From Leucoraja erinacea (taxonomy: Eukaryota), in the NCBI RefSeq assembly GCF_028641065.1, contig NC_073392.1, forward strand, positions 24,180,001 to 24,244,000: a DNA stretch of 64,000 nucleotides, read 5' to 3'. The notes below the pieces were generated by a model. That model was not told the DNA's origin, made no database searches, and worked only from the letters and a program-made list of their open reading frames with translations. The position numbers and the translations under genes were made by a program. Shown in pieces: positions 52,780-64,000 of the stretch; within the stretch, counting starts at the first letter, position 1; each line of letters begins with the position of its first letter.

Positions 52780-53375
52780 ATGTACAGAGTTGCAGTTGTA
52801 TGGGGCCCTAGTGAGACCACACTTGGAGTATTGTGTGCAGTTTTGGTCACCTAATTTGAGGAAGAACATTCTTGCTATTGAGGGAGTGCAGCGTAGGTTT
52901 ACAAGGTTAACTCCCAGGATGGCAGGACTGTCATATGCTGAGAGAATGGAGCGGCTGGGCTTATACACTCTGGAGTTTAGAAGGATGAGAGGGGACCTTA
53001 TTGAAACGTATAAGATTGTTAAGGGTTTGAACACGCTGGAGGCAGAAATCATGTTCCTGATGTTGGGAGAGTCCAGAACCAGAGGCCACAGTCTAAGAAT
53101 AAGGGGTAAGCCATTTAGAACGGAGACGAGGAAACACTTTTTCTCACAGAGAGTTGTGAGTCTGTGGAATTCTCTGCCTCAGAGGACGGTGGAGGCCGGT
53201 TCTCTGGATACTCTCAAGAGAGAGCTAGATATGGCTCTTAAAGGTAGCGGAGTCAGGGGATATGGGGAGAAGGCAGGAACGGGGTACTGATTGGGGATGA
53301 TCAGCCATGATCACATTGAATGGTGGTACTGGCTCGAAGGGCCGAATGGCCTACTCCTGCACCTATTGTCTATTG
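52780..53375 (+). mobile_element. CR1 LINE 3' fragment
   Basis: [15 protein letters not shown]...[12 protein letters not shown]...TRGHSL..WNSLP. Confidence 0.8.
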
Positions 53376-53734
53376 AATGGGGGGCGGATATCTAGCAACG
53401 GACATTGTGGGCCGAAGGTAGGCAAAAATGCTGGAGAAACTCAGTGGGTGAGGCAGCATCTATGGAGCGAAGGAAATTGGCAACGTTTCGGGTCGAGACC
53501 CTTCTTCAGACCGAAGGGTCTGTTCCCGTGCTGTATTGTTTTGTGTTCACCCTCATTGATGTTCCCCGGGTTCCCCTTCATGATGCGGGCCGAGGCTCTG
53601 CTCCCCGTACACTGGCAGCGACCTGCACAGCCTGCAGCAACTTTATTGAAGGAATGACAACAACGCGATGACTTTGTCTTCCTCAGTCAGACCCGAGCAG
53701 CGGCGGGTATGGGGCGCGAACTCACCGTCGCCCC

Positions 53735-53765
53735 CAAAGATCCTAGAGGAACTCTAGGATCTTTG
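53735..53765. mobile_element. 31-bp TIR-TIR transposon scar
   Basis: caaagatcctagaggaa+ctctaggatctttg between perfect gtcgcccc repeats. Confidence 0.8.
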
Positions 53766-53839
53766 GTCGCCCCGCTCATGAGCCGGCCGTGCATCACATG
53801 ACCCCACAGAGGCCCCGCTCATCAGGCCGCCCACGAGGG

Positions 53840-53991
53840 TGGAGTTGCGCGGCGCGGCCACATGTGGCAGCAGTGAGGACCGGCTGCTGCGCCGACCCCG
53901 TATCACGTGACCGCGCAGTGACGTAACACCGCTCACGTGGGGCGGGGCGGAGTCACGTGGGCGCCTGTTTGACGCTGATCCCGGGCGGGCA
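53840..53991 (+). promoter_or_regulatory. NDUFAF3 CpG promoter
   Basis: Three CACGTG E-boxes (53904, 53934, 53954), CRE-like tgacgtaa at 53919, GC boxes ggggcggggcgg near 53940. Confidence 0.65.
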
Positions 53992-56900
53992 ATGGCTGCG
54001 TTGCGCCTGTTTGTCAGCAGCTGCAGGCAGCTCGGCCTCAGCCCCACGGCGGCGGCGGGGCCGCTCCACACCCGCTTCAGGCGAGTCCCGGCTCCGCGGG
54101 CGGGTAGTCTGAGGGGTGAAAGGGCACGCAGGGTAGTTGGGGGGGAGGGGGGTTCAGCAAAGTGAGGAGGGGGCGGAGAGGTGAGTGGACCGGGCGTGAC
54201 AGGTCAGAGGGTTGAGCGGGTGGTGGGAATCAAAGGGTAGGTGAGGTCAGGGGTGAGAGAAGAGAGGGGCCTGTCCCACTTGGGCGTCATTTGCGAGTAA
54301 TTTACACGTCATGACGCCGGCGTGGCGCACGGCTCCCCAGGAATTTGGTTTGTACAAAATCTTTTTCGCGCCATCTGCGTGACGCGCAAATGACGCCCAA
54401 ATGGGACAGGCCATTAAGGATGGGATGATGAGTTAGGGAGGTTTGAGCCGAGAGAGGGTGGTGAGGGAGCGAGCGGGTAATGGGTGAGAGGGTGGGGAAA
54501 TGGGAGGGGTCAGGTGTGGTTGAGAGGATCAGAGTTATGAAGGTCAGGGGTTGTGAGGGTCAGGATTATAACGGTCAGGGGTTGTGACAGTCATGGATTA
54601 CGAGGGTCAGGGGTTGTGAGGAGCAGGAATTATGAGAGGCTAGAGTAGACGGATCCCTTTGACCACTTGCTCTCTCCTCAGGCCACCGTGTCGGGGTCAC
54701 AGGATGACCCCGTCGGACGACGAGCAGTACCAACGGACCACGGTCAGTGCCCTGGAGCGCAGCTCGCCGGATGCCCAGTACATCGAGGGCTACAGCAGGC
54801 ACGGCTTCACCATCAGTGGGAACCGGGTGATGGGCCCCTGCGCAGTCATCCCACAGGCCCTGCTGCAGTGGAATGTGAGTCTACTGTCTTGTCACCTGGC
54901 CTCGGTAAAGTAGGTAAAGGTGAGGGGAGCCTGTGTTGAGGGCGGAGCGGTAACTATGCCTCTGCACTAAATAACTGCACAGGTACAGCACGGAGACAGG
55001 CCCTTTGGCCCACCATGTTCATGCTGACCATCGTATTTGCCATCACTTCCACCATAGCACCTGCCTTGGGGTTTAAATGTTTGTCGAAACACTTAACAGT
55101 TGTGACAGTTTCTGCCTCCACCACCTCCTCAAGCAGTGCCCTCCAGATTGCTGGAGATAATGGTGGACCCACACCACCCTGGCCACATTCTCATCTTGCT
55201 ACCTTCATCGGGAAGAAGGCACAGGAGCCGGAAAACTGTGACCTCCAGCTTCTTGCCAGGATCCATCAGGCTCTTGAACACTGCACAACACTAACCTCAG
55301 CTCTACCTCAGCACTAAACCACTACGGTTTCGCACTACTATGGTTGTGTAGCATGAAAAAAATCAATAATAATTTATTATACCTTTAATTTTGTTTTTGT
55401 TGTGTTAATGTAACGGTGCGGCAAGAGTTGAGAGTATTTAATTGTTATCTGTGCTGGCAATGGAACAATGAAATTCTTACTTGCTGCAGCTTAATTGGCC
55501 CGTTATTGCAAAAACACACGGATAATTGTATAATAATCAACAATATAATAACAATAAACCATAGTAGTTTAAAACCAAAGTCCGTAGTGCAACCAAAGAC
55601 ACAGTCCATAGAAGATCATAGTTGCTGAGGTTAGTGCAGTTGTGCAGTCAAGAGCCTGGTGGTTGCTGGGATGAAGCTGTTCTTGAACCTGGAGGTCACG
55701 GTTTTCAGGCTCCTGCACCTTCTTCCCAGCACACAGCCAGGGGTGGAAGGGTGAAATACAGACACGGTGAGGGGTGGTGGGGGCAGGTATAAATGCAGTG
55801 TTTACATCTGAAAGGAAAGGATTTGGGGGATGTGGGAGAGGGTGCAACTGGGTAACTCGGCCCAGAGTTAGTGTGGTGACATTTGCAGTGTAAACATCTT
55901 TGAAAATGGTAGATCACCAGGTCTGGATAAAATCAGCCTGTCTCCCAGCTTGGTGACATGTCCTGACCAGTAAGATACGAACAATACAGGTAAGAGAGAT
56001 GAGCTGTGAGGAGAACTGGAGGGAGATAGGCTGCAGGTTAAAAGCAGGACGTTCAGGGTTGTAATCTGTGGATTACTCCCGATGCTGTGTGGTAGCGAGT
56101 ATAGGAAGATATGATAGCTGGGTGTGTGGCTCAGAAGCTGGTGCAGGAGGGAGGGTTTCATTGGGATCTCTTTGCAAGGAAGTTTGCTTGTGCTATTCTG
56201 GAGGGTTTAATCTTGTGAGGCAGAGGAAGAACATAGAGTGAATGGCTGGGACCTCAGCCATTCTCTCCAGAGGCCTGGAGTTCATAGCTCCCTGAAAGCA
56301 CAGCACGACACGGGTGGATAGTGTAGTGAGGAAGACACTGATAGTGAGGAAGGATAGTGAGTTTGCCTTCATGAGCCAAGTAACTCTGAACAAGAATTAG
56401 GCTTCATGTTGCAGCTGTGTTGGTTAAACCACACTTGGTGATTCACCATGATGTTGCCGGGAATGGTGGCTGTAGTTTCTCCAGAGAGATTGGACTGGCA
56501 GGGATTATTCTCACTGGAGAGTAAGAGGCTGAGGGGTTGGGTTGTGAAGAGCACACAGTCTCATAGCAGGGAAGCCCAGAACTAGAGGGCACAATGTTAA
56601 GGTGATAGGAAATAAATGCAAAGGAGATCTGAGAGGTAAGTTTTTCCACACAGGATGGCACGTGGAATGAGCTGCTAGAGGAGGCAGTGCTAGCAAATAC
56701 AATTGTGTTTAAGGGTGTTTGGACGGGTGTAGTGGGGTACAGGCATAAAGTGGCATATTTAATTAGTGTGGCCAGGCACCGTGTTGGTATGGATGAGATG
56801 GACCATAGGGCCTGTTGCTAAGAGTTTTGACTTCCCATTGGCAACAAGTGTGTATTAGTGTCAGAACAGCACTGGGATTGGTTGAGTGATCAAAATTGGC

Positions 56901-57821
56901 TATGAGCAGCCAGTAAAAAGAAGGCAAGGTGCAGTGAAGCAGCCTATTGGGAGCAGGCATGTGGAGGGGATGTGTGAGGCTTTGGTTCAGGAAGCTCCAG
57001 CAGGATGGCTGAGCAAGGCCTGAGTAGAGGGGGACAGGAGGTAAAGACACTCTCTCATGTGTCTGCTTGTTGTGCTTTTTTCTTCTTGGTTTTGTGCAGT
57101 AGTGATGGTAGGTAGAATTGTGCAATGTTCCTCCTGCCAGATGTGGGAAGTCAGGGGAACTGCTGGTAACCCTGGTGTCAGAGTTCGGGTGCTGTTCCAT
57201 GAGGATGTGGGCATTTGTTTGCGTTTGGCACATATCCCTCTAAACCTTTCTTATCTTTGTACCTGTCCGAATGCTGTTACATTACCCGCCACATCTACCT
57301 CCTCCGGCAGCTCGTTTCATACACCCACCACCCTCTGAGAAAAAAAAAAAAGCCCCTCTGGTTCCTATTAAATCTTGCCCCCCTCACCTTAAACTTATGT
57401 CCTCTGGTTCTTGATTCCCGTACACTGGATAAAATATTCTATACATTCACCCCATCTAATCCCCTCATGAATTTAGAAATATCTATCAGATCACCCCTCA
57501 GCCTCCTGCACTAACAGTCCCAGCCTCTCCAGACAACTCAATCCTGGTGAATTCAGTGGTTAATTGAGAGTCACATGACACACACTGTAAATGGATGGAT
57601 TGTAATCATGTGGTCTTTCTGTTGCCTGGTCAGCACGCAACAAAAACTTTTCACTGTCCCTCAGTGAACGTGAGAATAACCTAAACTGAGAATGAGATAT
57701 ATATATGCCATTTATTGTCACTATACATGTACAGTGAAAATGAAAGCTGCTCGTACTCAGTGCATACATACAATTTAGCACAAAAAACAAGAAACAGAAA
57801 AAACACAAAAAACAGAAAGAA

Positions 57822-57852
<31 letters not shown>

Positions 57853-60800
57853 TGGGGGCGGGAATAGGTGCACAATTTTCTGAGGCGCTACATACATATA
57901 TACATATATACAGATGGAAGTCCGTGTTGGGCAGTGAAGTCAGTGCATGTGTGAATTAGAATTAATAGTAGTTATAATTCTCGGAAAGCAACTATTCTTG
58001 AGTCTATTTGTCCTGGATTTGATGCACCTATAGCGCCTTCCAGAGGGCAGCAGGTCGAACAGTCCAAACGCAGGATGGGAGCTGTCTTTGATGATCTTCT
58101 TTGCCCTGCTAAGGCAGCGGGAGGTGTAGATGTCCATCAGGGAGGGGAGAGGGCAGCCAATGATCCTCTGCGCTGTCCTAGTTACCCTCTGAAGCCTCTC
58201 CCTGTCTGCCATGGTGCAGCTGCCATACCATGCTGTAATGCAGTATGTCAGCAGGTTCTCGATGGACGAGCGGTAGAAGGTCAGCAGCAGGTTAGAGTCC
58301 AGGTTGTGCTTCCTGAGGACCCTCAGGAAGTGCAGCCGCTGCTGAGCCTTCTTGATGACCGCTGTCGTGTTGTCCGTCCAGGAGATATCAGCAGCGATAT
58401 GGACGCCGAGAAACCGGAAGGTGTTGGCCCTCTCCACACACTCGCCGTTGATGTGTAGGGGGGCTAAGTCGTTGCTGTGCCTCCTGAAGTCGACAATGAG
58501 CTCTTTTGTTTTCCTGGTGTTCAGAGCCAGATTGTTTTCTGAGCACCAGGTTGTCAACTTCAGGACTTCCTCTCTGTAGGCTGCCTCGTCTTCCTTTGAA
58601 ATAAGTCCGACCACAGTAGTGTCATCAGCAAATTTGACGATGCGGTTGTTGTTGTGGGCCGGACTACAGTCGTAGGTGTAGAGACAGTATAAGAGGGGGC
58701 TTAGCACACAGCCCTGTGGGGAACCGGTACTCAACCTGCGAGTGGAGGAGAGGTGGGGGCCGAGTCTCACAGTCTGGGGCCGGTTGGTGAGGAAATCCTT
58801 TATCCAGGCACATGTGAGAGTGGGGAGGCCGAGAGTGACCAGTTTACCAATGAGAATGTCCGGAATGATTGTATTAAAGGCTGAACTAAAATCCACAAAG
58901 AGCATCCGGACGTAGCTCTGCCCCTGCTCCAGATGGCTCAGCACAGAGTGGAGAGCTACGGTAATGGCATCTTCTGTGGATCTGTTTTGGCGATAGGCGA
59001 ATTGGGGGGGGTCGAAGTCTGGTCGTAGATAGTCCTTGATGTGCTGGAGGACCAATCTCTCGAAGCACTTCGTGATTACCGGAGTGAGGGCCACAGGACG
59101 GTAGTCATTAAGGCTGGTGATGGGAGACTTCTTCGGCACAGGGACGATTGTGGCTGATTTTAGGCAGGACGGAATAACTGCCTGGTCCAGGGAGAGGTTG
59201 AAAATTCTGGTGAAGATGGCAGTGAGCTGGTGAACGCACGCTTTGAGCACCTTACCAGGTACTCCATCTGGGCCGGTAGCCTTCTTGGGGTTCACTGCCA
59301 GGAGCACCCGTCTGACATCGTGTTCCCTGACAGTGAGTGGAGTAGTACAGAAGCTAGGTGAGGGTGGAAACAGGGCTGTAGCAGGTGAGTGCTGCTGTTG
59401 TGATGTTTCAAAGCGGGAGAAGAAGCCATTTAGCTTTTCTGCCAGCGGCGCACTCAGGTCTTCTGACTTTGTGGCACAGCCTCTGTAGTTGGTAATGTCT
59501 TGTATACCCCGCCATACCTCCCGTGTATTATTGCTGGACAAGTGGGACTCTATGCTCCTCTTATGGTCCGCCTTGGCTTTTTTAATACCACTTTTCAGAT
59601 CGGCTCGAGCAGCCCTGTACAGAGCTCTGTCACCTGACCTGAAGGCAGCATCGTGGGCTCTGAGGAGTGTGCGGACCTGGCTGGACATCCAGGGTTTCTG
59701 GTTTGGGAAAACCCGTATGTTTTTGTCTACAGTCACATTTCCGATGCAGAACTTGATATAGTCCAGCACCGATTCTGTGAGAGTTTCCAGATCCTGGTGT
59801 TCGAATATGTCCCAGTTTGTCTGTGTAAAGCAGTCCTGTAGATTGGAGAGTGCATTTTCAGGCCAGGTTGTAACAGATCTTATGGTGGGCCTGGCACTGC
59901 GTCTGAGGGGGGTGTAGGCTGGAGAGAGCAGGAGGGAGAGATGATCTGACTGGCCGAGTTGGGGGAGGGGGATGGCTCTATACGCGTGCTTGATATTGGT
60001 GTAGACATGATCCAGCGTGTTCACCCCTCTAGTAGAACACTTGACATGTTGGTAGAATTTCGGCAGTACAGTCTTCAAGTTGGCCTTATTAAAGTCCCCT
60101 GCGATTATGCGAACACCTTCGGGGTGGTCCCGCTGCTGTTCGTTAATGAGGAGTGAGGTCGGAGATCACGGGCAAGGGTCAGGCTCGGGCTGGCAGAGTG
60201 AGGGTCATATGAAGGGCCAGGGTGGGTTGCGGGATGGGGGAAGGTGCTTTATTAACATGACTTCTGTCTGTGTCCAGGTCGGGAGTTACAGAGATGTCAG
60301 TGTGGACAGCCTAGCGTTGTTCTACTTGCTGGAACCCAAGATAGGTGAGGAGATAAACTTGGACTGTACAAATATGGCCAAATTTGTTTGGGTTAGAAGA
60401 TTTAATGGAATCGGGCATCTCTTACCCTTTGTTCAGACTCGTGCCCGACTGGACTTGTTGCAGAGCCTTGGTCGGCAGTGTTGTGGCCCGCTGCGGGCTG
60501 CAGAGCTGATCGCTGGGGGGTGTGCAGCGGGAAAGAGTTGCCTTGTGGAGGGGTGTAGCAATGTCACTGTGCCTTTTACTGGTTACAGAGTGAACCAGGG
60601 TCCCATTGTTCTGGATGGTCTGCCCTGATCATATTAAATGGCGGTGCTGGCTTGAAGGGCCAAATGGCCTACTCCTGCACCTATTTTCTGTTTCTCCCAG
60701 TGGGTGGAGAGTCAGAATCGTCCGACCCAACAGGCCCTTCAGCCCAACCCCATGCTGATCACACGGGTCTGAAGAAGGGTTTTGGCCCGAAACGTCACCT

Positions 60801-63399
60801 ATTTCCTTCGCTCCATAGATGCTGCTGCACCCGCTGAGTTTTCTCCAGCATTTTTGTGTACCTTTGATTTTCCAGCATCTGCAGTTCCTTCTTGAACCCC
60901 ATGCTGATCACAATGCCTTCCTGGACCGGTCCAATTTCCCCACATTTGGCCCAGATCCCTCTAAACCTTTCCTATCCACGTACCTGTCCAAATGTCTTTT
61001 AAATGTTGCTGTAGTAATACCTGCCTTAACTACCTCCTCTGGCAGCTCGTTCCATATACCCATCACCCTCTGATGAAAAAGTTGCTCCTCAGGCTCCTAT
61101 TAAATCTTTCCCCCTCACTTTAAACCTCTATCTGGTTCTTGAATCCCCCAGAGACTGGAAAGACTGTGGCTATTGACCCTAATCCATGTCCCTCATCATT
61201 GTATAAGCCCTCTATAAGATCACCCCTCAGCCTCCTGTGCTCTCAGTCTGTCCATCCTCTCATTATTGCTCCAGCCCTCCAGGCCTGGTAACATCTTTGC
61301 AAATTGTTTCTACATTCTCTCATCTCATCACACCCTTCCTGGAGCTGTGGACATACTCCCTGTGTGGTCTCACCAACGTCCTGTACAGCTGGACCATGAT
61401 GTCCAAACTCCTGTACTCAATGCCCAGACTGATAAAGTAAAGCATGCCTTCACTGCCTTGTTGACCCATGACCACTTGAGGGGCTTTGTCCCTGAAGCCT
61501 GCAGTTCCTCTGTTCTACAACACATCTCAGGCCTGTCATTCACTCTGCAACTACTGCCCTGCTTTAACATTCAGTGTGCATCAACTTGCATTTCTCAGTT
61601 AGATTCCATCTGCTACACCTTGGTCCTCTTTCCCACCTATTCTTTAAGTTAGTTTAGAGAAGCAGCGCAGAAACTGTCCGTTCAGCCCAGCAAGTCTGCG
61701 ACAACCAGCTATCACCCCATACACTAGCACAATCCTACACACTAGGGAGAATTTACAATTTTTATTGAAGCTAATTATCCTAGGAACCTGCACGTCTTTA
61801 GAGTGTGGGAGGAAATCAGAGCACCCGGAAAAAACCCCACGCGGTCACAGGGAGAACGTGTAAAATCCATAGACAGCACCTATAGTCAGGATCGAACCCG
61901 GTCTCTGGTGTAAGGCAGCAACTCTACTGCTGTGAACCTGTCCCATCCTACTTGTTCTTGTTGTAAATCTTAATATAGATGAGAAACCCAGTACAGATCA
62001 CTGCGACGTTCACTGGCCGCTGGCCTCCAACCCGAAAAACAACCAGAGTCCTTCCATTGAGCCCGTTTGGTCTCCGCATAACTTACCCTGGGCCCATGTT
62101 ATCCCACCTTCTGCACAGTGGGATTGACCTGGTAAAGTCCATGTAGACAATGCCCAGGGTCCTGCCCATACCCACGTGATCCCTCAGTCTACACTTTGTT
62201 GTAGCGAATGAAGTATTATATTTCTGTGAATGAGCTGCCTGTGTGAAGATTGGATGTTGTGGCTTCCGCGGACACTGTGAGATGTGTCCCTCAGGTACTG
62301 TCAGGGCCTGGTGGTGCCGGGGTTGTGGTTCACGGTAGCCTGTGGGTTGTACACTGGTGGTGGGCAGGAGTTGTACACTGGCGGTGGGCCTGGGGCTCTG
62401 TGTGGCTCCGATTCCCACTGTGCCCCATCTTGTGTTGCAGAGATCCTGGTGCTGGGACTCGGGGACCGGGTCCACCGGCTCGACCCCAACCTGCTGACAT
62501 TCATGAGGAGCAAGGGGATCGGTCTGGAGATCCTGGACACGGTGAGTGTCCCTCCCACACTGACCCTCACTGGGGGATGGGTCCCACCCACACACCGACC
62601 CTCACTGAGGGATGGGCCCCACACACACACACACACTGACCGTGACTGGGGAACGGGTCACACACACTGACCCTCACTGAGGGATGGGCCCCACACACAC
62701 ACACACTGACCGTCACTGGGGAACGGGTCACACACACTGACCCTCACTGGGGGATGGGTCCCACCCACACACTGACCCTCACTGGGGGGCGGGTACCATA
62801 GTCAGAACCTTTTCCCAGGGTGGAAATGCAAAGACTAGAGGGCATAGCTTAAACGTGAGAGGGACAAAGTTTAATGATGTGCAAGGCCATATTTTTTACA
62901 TTGTGAGTAGTGGGGGCAGGTACGATTGCGGTATTTAAATCGGCAGCGGATATGGAGGTGTGGATCATGTGCAGGCAGAAGAGATGAGTTTATCTTGGCA
63001 GTTCAATTTCTGATCTGTGGATAATGTTGTGTTGTGTGCTGTGCCCTGCCCGGCTCTGTAAATATTAAAGGCACAATGTGTTGGAGTAACTCAGCAGGTC
63101 AGGCAGCATCCCTGGGGGACATGAATGGGCAATGCTTTCGGTCAGGACCCTTTTTCGATCTGTCAGGAGAAGGAGGGTCCCAGCCCGAAACGTCACTCAT
63201 AATCTTTCTCCAGAGCTGCAGTTACTCCAGTTTGTGTCTATACTCTGTGAACAGCAGCATCTGCAGTTCCTTTATTACATTTCTGTTGATATTTGTGCCT
63301 CAGCCCAACGCTTGTGCGACCTTCAACTTCCTGACGAGTGAGCGACCGAGGATTGCTGCTGCCCTGATCCCGCCCGGTCTCCACTCGGACCAGCGCTAG
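53992..63399 (+). CDS. NDUFAF3: NADH:ubiquinone oxidoreductase complex assembly factor 3; exons 53992-54080, 54682-54874, 60278-60344, 62441-62541, 63304-63399 (181 aa)
   Basis: HRMTPSDDEQYQRT, YSRHGFTISGNRVMGPCAVIP..LLQWNV, SLALFYLLEPKIEILVLG, GIGLEILDTPNACATFNFL..E.R..AAALIPP; phases sum to 546 nt; intron 1 requires a GC donor; ATTAAA at 63442. Confidence 0.92.
54268..54412. mobile_element. MITE (possibly PIF/Harbinger-like) in NDUFAF3 intron 1
   Basis: About 28-bp TIRs ggcctgtcccacttgggcgtcatttgcg / cgcaaatgacgcccaaatgggacaggcc. Confidence 0.7.
57686..60150 (-). mobile_element. 5'-truncated Rex1/Babar-type LINE with an uninterrupted EN(C-terminal)-RT ORF (57940-60150)
   Basis: GDFN, LDHVY and SDH endonuclease motifs; KATGPDG, DYRPVALT, QFAYR..RST.DA, VDFSSAFNTI, PQGCVLSP and KFADD RT motifs; 3' UTR with AATAAA. 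Confidence 0.9.
60766..60799 (+). ncRNA. Minimal type I hammerhead ribozyme motif in a Penelope-derived repeat
   Basis: ggt-CTGAAGA-a-gggtt(tt)ggccc-GAAA-c-GTC-acc; related copies at 44219-44254(-), 53479-53512(-) and about 46165-46200(+). Confidence 0.6.
61735..61933 (-). mobile_element. tRNA-derived SINE (V-SINE/HE1-like)
   Basis: Minus strand has B-box ggttcgatcc followed by a V-domain-like gttctccctgtgaccgcgtgggg...ctcccacactc. Confidence 0.6.
62555..62790 (+). repeat. About 33-bp minisatellite in NDUFAF3 intron 4
   Basis: cacactgaccctcactggggga.gggtc repeated. Confidence 0.75.
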
Positions 63400-64000
63400 T
63401 GGTCTCTGCGACCACCAACGGCCCTCACCTTGTACACCATTATTAAACCGCCTCTACCCTGTGGCAACGCTGTTCTTGTCGCTGGGATTTGGGGCGGTTG
63501 ACCGTCCGTTGCTTCTGGGTCACGCCAGGCGGGTGGGGACGGGGTCCGACGCGACGTTCCTTTCTCCCCAACAGCAGCTGGTCTACTCCTGGTGGATGGT
63601 GTGGCCCAGGACATGGCTGCTGCAGTGTGGCCGTCTCCAGCGGACAGCTCCACCCCTGCCAGGCTCACCCTCTCCCCGCCCACCCTGCAGCGGGGCCTGT
63701 GCTGAGGGAAGGCACTGGTTGCTCCAGGGGGTTCCCACTCCACCCGCACTGTGCCCACCCCACACCGCCACAGAGAACACTGGGCCAAGGACAACAGCAA
63801 GGGCAGTGGGTGGGTGGGTGACAACGAGGAGAAGGGAGGGGGCGGCAGGCAGGAAGAGGAGAGGAGATGTGGGGGAGGAGAGAGGGTGGCGGAGGAAACA
63901 GGTGTAGGGAGGGGGAATGAGGAGAGGTGTTGGGGGTAGAGGAAGGAGGAGAGCTGGTTGGGAGAAGCCCAGCAGTGAGCCCAGAGGGGTAGTGGAGCCC

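Noticed and set aside
63400-64000. Possible miR-191/425 hairpins or IMPDH2/DALRD3 exons near NDUFAF3
   Set aside because: No mature miRNA sequence or recognisable peptide found by eye

Overview
Eukaryotic, repeat-rich vertebrate DNA. The CR1/Rex1/Penelope/SINE content suggests a cartilaginous fish such as a skate (inference). All recognisable genes are on the + strand and were built by hand from splice signals: (1) a tandem array of five 3-coding-exon GH56 hyaluronidase paralogs (A 4935-7155, B 8491-10004 pseudogene, C 11660-15292, D 23262-25398, E 27071-29358) plus a 60-bp relic; (2) HYAL2 (34310-37029); (3) UQCRC1 (13 exons, 40433-50843); (4) NDUFAF3 (5 exons, 53992-63399, GC-AG first intron). 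Two signals stand out. First, the array pairs catalytic-type copies (DWE motif) with predicted pseudo-enzyme copies (C, E: EWV motif plus other active-site losses, but an intact fold and GPI-type tail). Second, a CAAAGAT-terminal DNA transposon family with 8-bp target-site duplications is present as a 3.5-kb non-autonomous element and as five tiny (19-36 bp) TIR-to-TIR scars that look like P-element/THAP9-type excision footprints. Minimal hammerhead ribozyme motifs in Penelope-derived repeats, several minisatellites, a young Rex1-type LINE and three N-gaps are also present.
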